From Antedon mediterranea (Eukaryota; Animalia; Echinodermata): 64,000 nt of DNA. The notes beneath the pieces are model-generated. The model saw nothing but the letters and a program-made list of their open reading frames with translations, did no database searches and had not been told where the DNA came from. The position numbers and the translations under genes are program-made. Shown here piece after piece: positions 1 to 12,864 of this stretch (position 1 is the first letter of the stretch; each line of letters starts with the position of its first letter). Location of the stretch: positions 9,672,001-9,736,000 of the forward strand of contig NC_092673.1 of NCBI RefSeq assembly GCF_964355755.1. The letters are read 5' to 3'.

Positions 1-326
1 TGTATTCTATTATTTCGACATTTACAGTATTTAAACAGTCCATATTATCCCATAGTACTAAATAAACGTAATATTTCATTTAAACGCAATTTTAAAATGA
101 AACATCGTTCATTATATAGCCTAGTAAACAAACATAGTTCAGACAGTAGAGTAGAACTGCGAGATACACACACGTGGGTAAACAGCAGCTACACGGCGAA
201 ATCTGACGTATCGAGGAAATATCCTTCTGTCACAAGGCTATACCACATTATTTCACATTTTCACGCCATGTACATCATATTTAACGCTTGTACACAGTAT
301 GGATTATCATACAGTACTACTACTAC

Positions 327-2362
327 TAGGTAACCCAATGTAAAAATTCAAATTAATGATGGTACTTTTTCTTTCAGTTAATCAGAAGGAACTTACTGAA
401 CATAAACTTTTGCAATTTAAATGATTGAAATCGGATTATCCATTCAAAAGTTATGGTCCGTTAAAGTGCCCAAAAAACAGTGATTTTTGCTTGAAAAATG
501 GCACTTTTTCTAATTATATTTGAACCCATTTTTGAAGGGTTATAACTTTTATACTAATAATTTTAAAGTTCTTATTTTTTCCAAACCCATAGATACAACA
601 GAGTTGTACAAGAATATTTTTTTTTTGGGTGTCCTCGACATTTTTTTTTTTAGATATCGCCCTCCAAAATTCGTCCGAGGGCTTTTTACGCGTGATTTTC
701 CCAATGTCTCAAAAATGCCCAAAAAGTTCCTGTCTTTAAATGATTCATAACTTTTGAACCAATGTGTGAATTAACTTCTTTTTTTTTGCATTGCATAAAA
801 TGTAATATGTATTTTAGTAAGGTTATTTATATTGACAGGTAGGTAATTCTGAAATACAACATAAAATATTGTTAAAAAATGTTAAAATGTGAAAAAAAAA
901 AATATTGCGTTAAAAAACTGTGTGGGTATTGTTTCTTTTCATTAAATATTATTTTTCGTAAGTATACATTTTTTTAATAATTCTAGTATTTAAAGTTATA
1001 TTTATAATCATATATTATTTTAATTGATTTTCGAACCGCCAAAAATAAGAATTAAGCCCGTGCTTATTATGTGTTCGATTCCATTTGGAGCGCCGGGCCG
1101 AACGTAGACTCGGCCGCGCCTACTACAAGTTAAGTTATATAGGCCCCTAGTACTAGTAGCTACTAAGGTCTAAATAAAAGCCTGACGAAAATTCTGCCTA
1201 AGAAATATCGGGAAGAAATTTTTTATTTAACAAAGTAATTACCTCAATGGTATAATTGTAACATGTTGAATTTTATTTCCCTTTCGATAATTCTAACCGA
1301 AAGTTGCACTTTGAATTGAAATATACGGAATAAAATTTAGGCCTAGAAACAGCGTAGACATACAACGGCAACACAGGCCAAAGCGCGTTTCGGCCGCCTA
1401 CATAGAATGGCTTACGGCCGCTGCATAGCAAAATCAAAGCTTCTTAAATTTCTTCGGTACATTTCTTCCTAACGTACTTGCTTTATATAGTAGATTTATA
1501 AATATTCCACTTATTAAATAATTTAATAAATCGGTAAAATTGACGTTTCGAAGCAAATATTCCATGAGAGGCGACATTTTTCGACATGCCTCGTGTGCGG
1601 CGAAGACTAGTTCAGAAAATGGAACAGTCCACTGCAGGGGTTATCCAATCATTAATTAACGCGCTAATACATGCATACCATGCACATTGTCTGGGCGACG
1701 GTAATTTAGTAATAAGCGGAGAACTGAATCCCCCCCGTAAGTAAAATGGTAAACACTGATATTTATGGTAGGGATTATTTTTTTCAGTGGTTGGTCTTGT
1801 TGGCCTCTTCGCACGAGGTCCACGCAAAGTCAAATAAAACGATGTGGTTTATCAAACAGAAATATAAATTAGCTTCAATTCAATACTAAATTAGCCAGAT
1901 TTTGATAATGAGAAAGACTAAAAAATTCAAGTTTTATCGTTAAAATTGACATTTGAGGCGGATGTACATAATAATAATAACCGATTTACATATCAAAATA
2001 AAGAGTATTTAAAGCCTGATAACATGCAACAAAAATTACTCCACCACCTATTATGGACCTCGTGCGATCGTGTTTTGAAAATGGGTAGGTGTTTTCCAAA
2101 GTTATTTTTAGCGCGCGGATTTCGGCTCGCCGGCTTTTGTACCTCATTTTTAACTCGCGTTTTCTATTAAAATATTTAATAAACATAGATTAAAAATATA
2201 TGAAAATAATCCCTTAAACAAGATCTTTCCAGACATATAATTTTTATTCACATGTGTATATAAGAAATAGTATATTTTTAACTTCAAAGACACGTCACTT
2301 TTTGAAATTTCACGAACGTGTTAAAATCGCGGTAACGAAAATCCGCTTCATTGGGATACCTA
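327..2362. mobile_element. Non-autonomous TIR DNA transposon (TAGGTA[A/T]CCCAATG termini), superfamily uncertain (possibly Academ-like)
   Basis: Starts TAGGTAACCCAATG and ends CATTGGGATACCTA. It sits in a (CTA)n microsatellite, so TSD length is ambiguous. No coding capacity. An internally deleted partial copy lies at ~27870-28420. Confidence 0.75.
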
Positions 2363-3514
2363 CTACTACTGTAACTAGGCCTATACGTACTAGCTAGGCG
2401 TACCACTTATTTTTAAATTAAACTGTCGGCTGGTAACCCTACCTTTTTAGCTCGCCTAGGCCATTTCACACAGATAGACAACAACCGCCGTCCGTACAGC
2501 CGATACTGTAGATGTACACTTGTTCTTTTTTTATAAAAATAAATGTCCCATTTTAACACAACACACAGTAATTAATACTATATACATTTATTATACTTCA
2601 CAGTAACTCGCATTTTAAATTTGATGAAAACTAGTATTCAAATTCCGTGTGTGGTGCATGCAGCACAGTACACAATACACAATAATCTGAACATTGGGAT
2701 TTTCCCTCCTAGCTATCGCTTATCGCGTAGCCTACACGTAGCATGTTAGCTTGCGTAAATTACGCCGTGCGAAACATACGAAGTTGCCACGTGTACGAAA
2801 CGTAGTCTACGCGTCCAAATGTTGCAGTAGTTATTATCTGTACTGTAGTAGTAGTAGAGAGTTCTAGGTAGAATATATACTGAAAAAATTAATTAATAAT
2901 ACTTAGAATAAAAATGTATACTATAATTTCATAAACTCTTTACCACGATGTGGTGATCAACCATGATTAGACAGGCTAAACTAAGAATAGCTATAGGCCT
3001 ACATTGACAGAGTAGACTGGTTGGTAGGGGGCCTAGTTGTTGTATTGAGGCTGAGTACTGTTTAGGTGGGTGCGTGAGGAAGTGACCTGTGTATAAGACG
3101 CACCCAAAATTTAGAGTTGTTGTTGTAGGCTAGCTGTCCAAATAAGCAGGGTCACATACGAATGAGAGAACGTTTATTGTAAATACATAATAGGACACGC
3201 TTAAAAAAGAACAACGTTTTTGATTCCATTATGTCATTATCAAGTCCAATGAAGAAATTCTAAATTGCAATTACCGGTAATTATATAACACAAATCAAAC
3301 CAAATCAAATAACTATAAATCAATCGTAGTCTTTTTAGTTAACTTGTTTTATATTATTGTTGTTTGTTATATTTATGTGTTTAATGCAATACTTTGTAAC
3401 ATTTATATTTTCGCAACGCGGCTTTAGCCAGCTATATCCCCAGATGACTACTCATTCAGAAGCTATATCAAGCGGAAAGCTTATTATCTATGGCTGACAT
3501 TTTCGATATTTTAT

Positions 3515-3640
3515 AAACTCGACTAATTGATAGGTCCAGCAGATTGGACCCAAAAAACATCTGGGAAAAGAGAGTCTATGAAGGCTCACGGTTGAACAAT
3601 TTTGGATTCTCGCCCTTTGATTGGTTGACTTGACGCGAAT
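3515..3640. repeat. Dispersed repeat, inverted copy at ~28440-28558
   Basis: GACTAATTGATAGGTCCA...CTGGGAAAAGAGAGTCT...TTTGATTGGTTGACT recurs as its reverse complement near 28440-28558. Confidence 0.7.
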
Positions 3641-3968
3641 CAACACAAAGTGAAGTCACGATGTACTGAGGACTGCATGTCCAACACACGGGAAAATAAT
3701 GTATTGAAATTCTTTGAATTTTAGGTTAAATAAACACTCTTTTTTATTTAATAAACATGTAATATCATATTTGATTGAATTTTACAATGTTGATATACAA
3801 AATATATCACTAAAAACCGTAATTTTTTAAAGAAATATTTCTTGTTTATTTTAGATTATATAAGGATCACAATGGAAATAAGCTAATAAGCTTTTTGGGG
3901 CTATCCTGGAAAATCTTTATAAATGTATTTATTTGTACTTGTAATGTTAGTAATTTATGTTATGTATT

Positions 3969-4790
3969 TGCATCACAAAGGCGGCGTAATGTTGGAAATA
4001 ATAATTTTTTAGATTTTTATATATTCATAATCTATATTTAATATTAATAAGCTTTAAAATGAGGCGTTGTTTATTAAAATTCGTTTATTATGAAGAGTTA
4101 TTAATGAAACATACAAGTCACTTTCTATCTCAGGAAATCTTCATTTTGAGAGAATCAACAATGAAATAGCGATGCTGATTAGCTGGACCTGGCCTAGCCC
4201 GCCGATCAATGCGACAAGACTTTCTGCCAAAACTCGCTATTTTCTCCTCAATAACGGCACACTAGTCGAAAATATATCACTTTGTGGTACATAATATTAG
4301 ATTTCTTATTCAAATATACGGATAAAAATAACGATTAAATTCCAAAAACGTTCATTCGGAAAACTATGGTGGAAGCCATGCTGTTTCATCGTAAAAAAAA
4401 GCATCAGTCAATCAAAGAGCGTAATTTATCTTTATAGCCAATCACAGTAAAGGATTCACAAATTCTTGTTAGAAATTTTAGCAACCTAACACCTTAATAA
4501 TTGGCTAGTACCCTTGATTGTTAAGAATTATGGTAGCTGATATATTTTCGAACAGCTAGGTACCAAACATGACGTGATTCGGGGTAGCGGTTTGTTTACA
4601 AAAGTGCCGTAAAGAAAGTTGAGTGAACAAAAATACAATTTCCTAATAGATTTTCAATGGTAACAACTTTAAAATAATATTTGCAAAATACACATATGTG
4701 ATATTTTTTCATGAACAAGAGTTTGATATGTTAAAGTGTTTATAGTATTGTTTTTTATTGAATTTTACAATGTTAATATACAAAATATAT
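3969..4790. mobile_element. Truncated copy of the Sola-like MITE at 16737-17666
   Basis: Colinear similarity from GCATCACAAA...GGAAATAATAATTTTTTAG through TTTGATATGTTAAAG. Termini are eroded. Confidence 0.75.
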
Positions 4791-4989
4791 TTCTAAAAAT
4801 TGCATAGTTCACAATTGCAGACTATGACGCAATTTGTTTACCATACTTATTTTGTGGCTAAAAACAAGTCAGATTTTCACTATTTTGTTAAAATTATAAT
4901 ATTGATCATCAGCCATCAGCCTTCATTAGAAAAGTTCATATTCATTTTGATTCGCTGTAACTGTATTTTGTCTTTATGTCTTTTATGTG

Positions 4990-5126
4990 TAAACTGACTT
5001 TGGGGTTGGGTCAACCGGCTCAGCTACAGTGATTAAGTTCACTTAGGTTGACCCTGGTCTCTCCAATTTCAGTTTTTTTGTTTTGTATATACTTAAATAG
5101 ACCAAATAAATAATGAAATGAAATGA
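4990..5126 (+). mobile_element. Probable LINE 3' tail remnant ending in AATAAA plus (AAATG)n
   Basis: A GGGTCAACC...GGTTGACCC stem is followed by AAATAAATAATGAAATGAAATGA, a typical non-LTR 3' end layout. Family not determined. Confidence 0.4.
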
Positions 5127-5220
5127 TACAAAATACTAACAGGCAATGTAAACTTTGTTTGAAAAATATTAACTATTAATTTTGCATCATTATCCCTAGA
5201 GTTTGTTGGCCAGGTCACTT

Positions 5221-5986
5221 GGGCCCTGTTTCTGCTGCCAAGAATATACCGTATTTCATACGGTTTTTTTGAATACTTTTTTTTTGGTAGCAGAAACTGC
5301 GCTCATAAAAACAATACCGTATTTTGTATACCATATTTTCCCCACAAAATTTGTGGATAAAATACGGTATTACAAATTTATACCGTATTTTTTGTACCCT
5401 TTTCTGCTGCCAATAAAAAATATCGTTTATTTTTTACCTGCGACATGAGGTCAAGATCGTGTTTTTATTTTCTTTCACTGTCAGCTGTTTTACACACGTG
5501 TATATTCGGCGAAAATGTGGAGTGAAGACGTCACAGTATTTACTATATAAATCTGTGTGGGGAAGGAGAGGAAGCTAAAATAGCCGGCCAACTAAAAGGT
5601 AATAAAAGGGACAACCACATTTATAAAGACATTTCTAAAAAAATAAAGCAGGAGTACGGAATAGACTTGTCTCCAAAGCAAGTATAAAACTCAAATCTAA
5701 AGAGCCTGCAAAAGCAGTACAACATGGCAAAAGACAATAACTCGGGGAGGGAACAAATTACTTGTCCCCATTACGATGTTTCTCTATCACTAGGGCTAGC
5801 TGTTGAAAGTGAGGCGTAAAACTTCCTTTATTGCGACTTTAATTATCGACCAAATAAATGGAAATTTGGGTAAAAAGGATGAAATTTAACACAACCACCC
5901 ATGAAGTATTGTTAGCAGAAACGGGGTACTAACAAATATGGTATAAAAAATAACGTATTTTGAGCAGTTGCAGCAGAAACAGGCCC
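5221..5986 (+). mobile_element. PIF/Harbinger non-autonomous element with decayed Myb/SANT ORF
   Basis: TIRs GGGCCCTGTTTCTGCTGC / GCAGCAGAAACAGGCCC. The interior (5515-5780) translates to MWSEDVT...EEAKIAGQLKGNKRDNHIYKDISKKIKQEYGIDLSPKQV*NSNLKSLQKQYNMAKDNNSGREQITCPHYD, a trihelix Myb/SANT-like domain typical of Harbinger ORF2. Confidence 0.8.
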
Positions 5987-6046
5987 TACGACCTATACTA
6001 AGGAAATACCCTGGAATTTGTACAGTAAGTATAGTTTAGTTTATGA

Positions 6047-9000
6047 TTGGTTATCCGCAACGAAGTTGCAGGATAACCTCTTGTGATTGTACGAAATCAT
6101 CATCATCATCATCATCATCAACTTTTTATTGGTTATCCGCAACGAAGTTGCAGGATAACCTCTTGTGATTGTACGAAATCATCATCATCATCAACTTTTT
6201 ATTCTTCTTCTTTCTTTCTGTATGATTTTTGTGTAACGCTTTTCTCTAAAACTCGCAAACATAACATTTCGGTAACTATGTTAACATTTTGACATTTATG
6301 TAACGTCGTCAAGCGAAGCTTTTCATGATGTTTACAATTGCGCAACGTGACGTACGCGCGATTTAACGATTTTCTCGTATCTAACATATGTCGAAAACCA
6401 AATAACATTTTAAAGTGAAACTTTGCAAAAGTTTAATTTATATCATGCGCTAACTTTCTGTTGAAAAAAAATTGCGTGTTTTACACAAAGTTACGCGCGC
6501 ACGCGTATTTAAAATTTCAAAATGCGCAAAATTAATTTATAATCAACTTTCTACGCGTTTTATGTCGTTTTAAGCATGTCAAAAATTCCCACGCGTGCGC
6601 ACATTTTTATGTGTGCGGTGCGCACGTAGCATTGAAAACGTATTTTTTTCGCGTGATTTATGTTTTTCCAGCCTTTTCTAGCAATTTTACCAAATTTTAA
6701 ACAATTTCGACTTAAAGATACGTCATACGAGCACGTCGAATTGGGCAATTTGCGCGCGTTTTTTATGAAAAGGTTAAAAAATTCGTTTAAAATATGCCTT
6801 TTTTTAAACAGTCGTAATTTCTAAACTAGACGGTCAACTTTTTGTGGATGACATATTCTGGAAGTAGATGAGTTGTAGATATCGGATCAGGTATTAATAT
6901 GGCTAACCGGACATTGTGACGTCATCGTATGGCCACGCGAATATAAAATTTAGGATTTTTGTATCTTTCGTCATAACTCATCACATTGAATAGAGCGCAT
7001 CTCCACCTATTCGTTTTCTATTTTCACCCTGATTTTGATATTGTCTAGGTCAATCAACTATCTTTCGCATGAGTTAAAAATATTTTAATTTTTTTGACGT
7101 CATCATGCCTAAAAATTTAAATCACGTGTGGCATCAATTTCATCTTTACAGTAAATTTTAATCTGTTATAGCTCGTAAGAATAAAATGTGATAATCACGA
7201 TTAAAACTTTTTCTGGAAGCTATTGGATTGTAGATACGAAATTATGTAAAAATGTTGCCAATCGGATGTTGTGACGTCATCATATGGCCAGTTAAATGAA
7301 AACGGTCGTATTTTCATCTTTTGCGTCATAATTCATTACATTTAAAAGAGCGCGCATCAATATTTCACGTATTCAAATTTCTTCTACACGCTAATACGTT
7401 GTTGCTGAGATAATTTCCTTTCGGAATTGCTACCTTCGCGTTTTATTTTAAAACCGTCAACATGTTAAAAATTGCAATAAATAGCAGGTCCCGTAATTTC
7501 ACCTATTCTACACTGTATGTCACTGTATGTGATATGGATACAGAATATACTGTGTATACTATATATGAATTTAAATAATAAAATTCAGCAATAACAACAT
7601 ATCATATTCTTCAGTTCAGATCATAATGCCAACGTGAACACTTCCTTTTGTCCTCAACCTATCCCCTTAATGTTAATGTTGCACCACTTGCGCGGCGGAT
7701 AACCAAACTCGTCAAAGTGACGAGTTACATGTCTAGTTCTTCTTCTTTCTTTCTGTATGATTTTTGTGTAACGCTTTTCTCTAAAACTCGCAAACATAAC
7801 ATTTTGTTAACTATGTCAACATTTTGACATTTATGTAACGTCGTCAAGCGAAGCTTTTCATGATGTTTACAATTGCGCAACGTGACGTACGCGCGATTTA
7901 ACGATTTTATCGTATTTAACATATGTCGAAAACCAAATAACATTTTAAAGTGAAACTTTGCAAAAGTTTAATTTATATCATGCGCTAAATTTCTGTTGAA
8001 AAAAAATTGCGTGTTTTACACAAAGTTACGCGCGCACGCACATTTAAAATTTCAAAATGCGCAAAATTAATTTATAATTAACTTTCTACGCGTTTCATGT
8101 CGTTTTAAGCATGTCAAAAATTCCCACGCGTGCGCACATTTCTACGTGTGCGGTGCGCACGTAGCATTGAAAACGTATTTTTTTCGCGTGATTTATGTTT
8201 TTCCAGCCTTTTCTAGTAATTTTACCAAATTTTAAACAATTTCGACTTAAAGATACGTCATACGAGCACGTCGAATTGGACAATTTGCGCGCGTTTTTTA
8301 TGAAAAGGTTAAAAAATTCGTTTAAAATATGCCTTTTTTTAAACAGTCGTAATTTCTAAACTAGACGGTCAAATTTTTGTGGATGACATATTCTGGAAGT
8401 AGATGAGTTTTAGATATCGGATCAGGTATTAATATGGCTAACCGGACATTGTGACGTCATCGTATGGCCACGCGAATATAAAATTTAGTATTTTTGTATC
8501 TTTCGTCATAGCTCATCACATTGAATAGAGCGCATCTCCACTTATCCGTTTTCCATTTTCACCCCGATTTTGATATTGTCTAGGTCAATCAACTATCTTT
8601 CGCATGAGTTAAAAATATTTTAATTTTTTTGACGTCATCATGCCTAAAAATTTAAATCACGTGTGGCATCAATTTCATCTTTACAGTAAATTTTAATCTG
8701 TTATAGCTCGTAAGAATAAAATGTGATAATCACGATTAAAACTTTTTCTGGAAGCTATTGGATTGTAGATATGAAATTATGTAAAAATGTTGCCAATCGG
8801 ATGTTGTGACGTCATCATATGGCCAGTTAAATAAAAAAGGTCGTATTTTCATCTTTTTCGTCATAATTCATTACATTTAAAAGAGCGCGCATCAATATTT
8901 AACGTATTCAAATTTCTTCTACACGCTAATACGTTGTTGCTGAGATAATTTGCTTTCGGAATTGCTAACTTCGCGTTTCATTTTAAAACCATCAACATGT

Positions 9001-9261
9001 TAAAAATTGCAATAAATAGCGGGTCCCGTAATTTCACCTATTCTACACTGTATGTGATATGGATACAGATTATACTGTGTATACTATATGAATTTAAATA
9101 ATAAAATTCAGCAATAACAACAGATCATATTCTTCAGTTCAGGTCATAATGCCAACGTGAACACTTCCTTTTGTCCTCAACCTATCCCCTTAATGTTAAT
9201 GTTGCACCACTTGCGCGGCGGATAACCAAACTCGTCAAAGTGACGAGTTACATGTCTAGTT
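6047..9261 (+). mobile_element. Helentron-type non-autonomous elements (HINE), two near-identical copies (inner copy ~6129-7737)
   Basis: The 5' end is TT-GGTTATCCGC...GGATAACC followed by a (CAT)n tract. The 3' end has the inverted subTIR GCGGATAACC, the hairpin AACTCGTCA-aag-TGACGAGTT and CTAG-TT. Heads at 6049 and 6131; 3' ends at 7736 and 9259. Confidence 0.85.
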
Positions 9262-10234
9262 ATATTTTTGTTCTGTAGAGTAGGACAGACTATATTCATA
9301 TTATACAAAATGTTTACTATTAATTATTAAGCAAAAATAATTGGTAATAAATCATAAAGAAAGAACAATAATTAAAACTGTTACGTCAACTGGAGCAAAA
9401 TATTTCTTGTTTATATAATTTTCAAGAATTTAAATTTCGTAATTGTAATCATAATTATTCATTTATTTCAATTTCGAGTGCCTACATAGTCATAGATAGG
9501 TCTAATGCTAAATTGATTATTAAGGAAGAATACAAAAATTGTGAACTAAATTATTACTTTAATATAAACTATAATATTAACACGTTATAATTGTTTCCCT
9601 TTTGATTATTCTAACCATAAGTTGTATTTTAAATTGAAATACGGAATAAAGTTTTTGCCGCCAAATCGGTCGGCAAAATTGTTGTTTTTAAGCAAACATT
9701 CTACTAAAATATTTAACAAATTAATATAGAATAAAAAAATAAATAAATAAACCCTAAAAAAGGTTCTAAATTTTAATTTACATGGGTACTTCAAAGACAT
9801 GTACCGTACCTTTTTAAAATTTTACAAACTTGTTTGAATTTGTTAATGAAATTGCGCTTCATTGGAATACGTAATGTTTTTATACAGGTGGCAAATACAG
9901 AACAAATGAGTGAATACTGCCCATTATTACAAACTCCAGGGGAAAACAAAAGAACTATTTTTTGAAGTTTTTTCCTGATTGATATAGAACAATAGTACTT
10001 TGGTTGAGGCAAATGATTTAAGCTTTCACAAGCAAACACAAAGGTATGATAAATTTTCATTGATTTCATTTTTATTTATTGGGTGAAATGAAGTGAAAAA
10101 ACAATACCAATACAGATGATTATGAATACTTTCCATTACTACATAACATTTCAGAGTGTTTCTTTTGTCAAGCATACTTTAATATTACACTTGCATAATT
10201 TACTATACAGTAAATTTGAATATAATCCTAGTTA

Positions 10235-11064
10235 CCGTATATTTCGGTGTATAAGTCGCACCTGTGTATAAGACGCACCCCCTAACTGAGAGTAAAATAT
10301 CGGTATTTTTTATATCGTCGATGTATAAGACGCACTTTATATTTCATCAAAACAATGTTTTTTTTAAATTGTAATCAATATTATTGTAATAATACATTGT
10401 TATATCTACAACGGAGTCCTTTATTTAGGGTTTTTCTTACCTAGGCTCGGCCGCAAACTTGTTATTCATGAGTTTCGCCGCAACATCGAGTGCATGACCG
10501 TGTGTTACACGCACGTGTGGGCTAGCCTCGCTCAATCATTTCGAGAGGGCGCACGTTTTCACGGACAATCGTATTCGATTAGTATCTATGTATCCGAGAA
10601 GTGTATACGCTAGGTCCATGCTATAATCAACTGGAGAATATACTAGTCGAATACCATAGACCATGTGGCTGCCAAGAAGGGCTTGCGCTGGGGGTACGGC
10701 GGTCGGCAATCGTGCGTATAACTATAAACAAATACTAGGCCTAGTAGTAGGCTAGGCCTATTCCAATCGTAAACGTTTACAAATGAAATTTTATCGGAGC
10801 ACCTAAAACAGCTCCATAATGAACAAATCTTTTCATCATATTTAGTATAACATACATCACGCTAAAATGCCTTGAAAACTAGGCAGAAGCAGGTTGCCGT
10901 TACGTTAGTACACTGTAGTTAGCCTAGGCCTAGCCAACGAGGTGACGATATGTAGGCTACAATCTGTGTGGTGTGAGGCATAATGTTCGGTGTATAAGAC
11001 GCACCCTTAATTTTGAGGTCAAATTTGCGTGTCAAAAGTGCGACTTATACACCGAAATATACGG
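10235..11064. mobile_element. Tc1/mariner-pogo-type MITE (830 bp), TA TSD
   Basis: TIR CCGTATATTTCGGTGTATAAGTCGCAC at both ends, flanked by TA. Internal GTGTATAAGACGCAC repeats. Confidence 0.9.
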
Positions 11065-11733
11065 TATATCATAATTAGGCTCCCGTTTTCAGATATATGC
11101 AAAAGAGAGTAAGAAGCCATGTGTCAAATAAAGAATCATGAATTTACTTTGAGATGTTTGTATCCAGCTAATAATACACCAAGTGCGGAAAATTGAATGA
11201 TTGGGCAGTAGTGTGTAAATACTGGGTTACAGTACCGATCCCGATCAAAATCTCCCTGACGGAATGGGAGAATATTAATAGGCTACGCGCACTAAGGCAA
11301 AAATGTCCTTCGCCAAATTGGAGAAAGGCCAAACATTTTCTTTCGCCAAATCAATTTATGTTTAGCAAATAAAAATTAGTAATTTTGATATAAAATACAA
11401 ATTATTGTTTAAAATCAATGTATATCTATTGTTTTGTAATATTTATATAATTAATAAACTCGTTCCAGTCAATCCAGAAACAAAAAATACATTCTAAAAA
11501 TAGTATCAGAACGTTCACTCGGTCGTTCAAAAAGAGTGCCGTGCCGACAGACCGTAATTAATACAGACCTAGTTTTTTTTTGTCACATGGCATGAAATAA
11601 AATACTCTGTTTTATCGCATGTTTTTTTTTAAACTCGTGTACCTAGATTTTATGTCACATGACATGAAACGTAATACTCTCCCTAAACTCTTCCCACGAC
11701 TCTCACATGTTCATAATAATAATTTAATGTTAA

Positions 11734-12281
11734 AGATGTATTGTCCCTTGAAACAAAACAAAAATGAAGGTCAAAATATTCTAAATTTAAATTGGCCATA
11801 TCAAAGTAATATTAAAGTTATTCACTTTAAGTCGAAAATTCGAGCCAAAAACAACAAGTTTACGTAATTAACAGTTAAATTAATTTGATTACATTTCGTC
11901 TGGAAAATCGTCGCGAACGAAAGTAAACAAACATTTCAAACCACGAGTATGCATTATGCATGATGCTAATTAGGATTGTTTACAACTCGTCACGGATGAG
12001 AAGGTATTTTCACAAATATCACGAAGAAGTTTTATGGTTATGCATACGGAGTAGCCACACAAGCGCGTTACATTATGAGATATGTTTTGATCGAAAACTT
12101 TGACTGGATGGAAGTTATTTTTGGAACAAAAAAACGTCTGTATTTCAGTTAAATGATTTTTTTTTTCAAGTAATTTTTGGTGAAAGTTAATAACTATTAT
12201 GATACTTCAGAATGAACTACTTTTTTTTTAAATCTTTTATTTTTTTATTTTTTTGGAATTAGTCAAAGGGACAATACATCT
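11734..12281. mobile_element. Kolobok-like MITE (TTAA target)
   Basis: TTAA|AGATGTATTGTCCC...GGGACAATACATCT|TTGA. An inverted second copy lies at 61322-61859. Confidence 0.7.
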
Positions 12282-12426
12282 TTGAGATTAATATCTTAAC
12301 ATGGAATATATATTTTGTTGGTGTCCTAGCCTAGGTTTTTTTTCTGTTTTTTATAATTCGCTAATCCAAGGTAGGATTCGCCGCCCGCCGAAACTAGTAT
12401 AGCCTCTGATCAACTCTCTCTGTTTG

Positions 12427-12465
12427 AGCCGAGGCCCACGGCCCCGGTTTCGTCTCATCAGCAGA
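12427..12465 (-). other. Degenerate hammerhead-ribozyme-like motif (stem II deleted)
   Basis: The minus strand reads CTG-CTGATGAG-AC-GAAA-CCGGGGCC-GTG-GGCCTCGG-CTC. Both core boxes and an 8-bp stem III are present, but there is no stem II and stem I is poor. Confidence 0.4.
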
Positions 12466-12864
12466 TATCCGGCCAAGTTAGGATAACCGATATTTACTAA
12501 AGTCTACGAACCACGAATTGGTCATGTGATTCAAAATGACTAATCCAGAACAATAATTATTACCAATTAAGGGCGTCTTAAAATAACAACAAATATGGCG
12601 GCTCCCTCGCTGACGCACGTTGTTCTGACTATTTTTAGAGAGCAGCTACTAGAGTAGGTAAGCGTAACTAATAGTAGGCTAGGGTATTTTATTACAATAT
12701 ACGGTGCTTTCGGTGGCAAGATATTTGTACTTTATTGTGTACTGTGGGGTGGACTTAACTAGCTCTAGGCCTTCAAAATGTATGATAATTTGCTTTCGCC
12801 ATTTTGGCGAATGATGCCCAAATGAGACCTTCAGGACTCGGCGAACGGCTAGCGCGCACGTAGA

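Noticed and set aside
3130-3165. DPAYL on the minus strand as a possible IMP3 exon
   Set aside because: Lacks the preceding VRVGP and following VTR; chance match.
6083-6292. ORF with a poly-His tract
   Set aside because: Arises from the (CAT)n microsatellite in the HINE head.
9791-10069. IPMKRNF segment as the possible next IMP3 exon
   Set aside because: Similarity is limited to a few residues, with no SSFCR motif or suitable splice sites.
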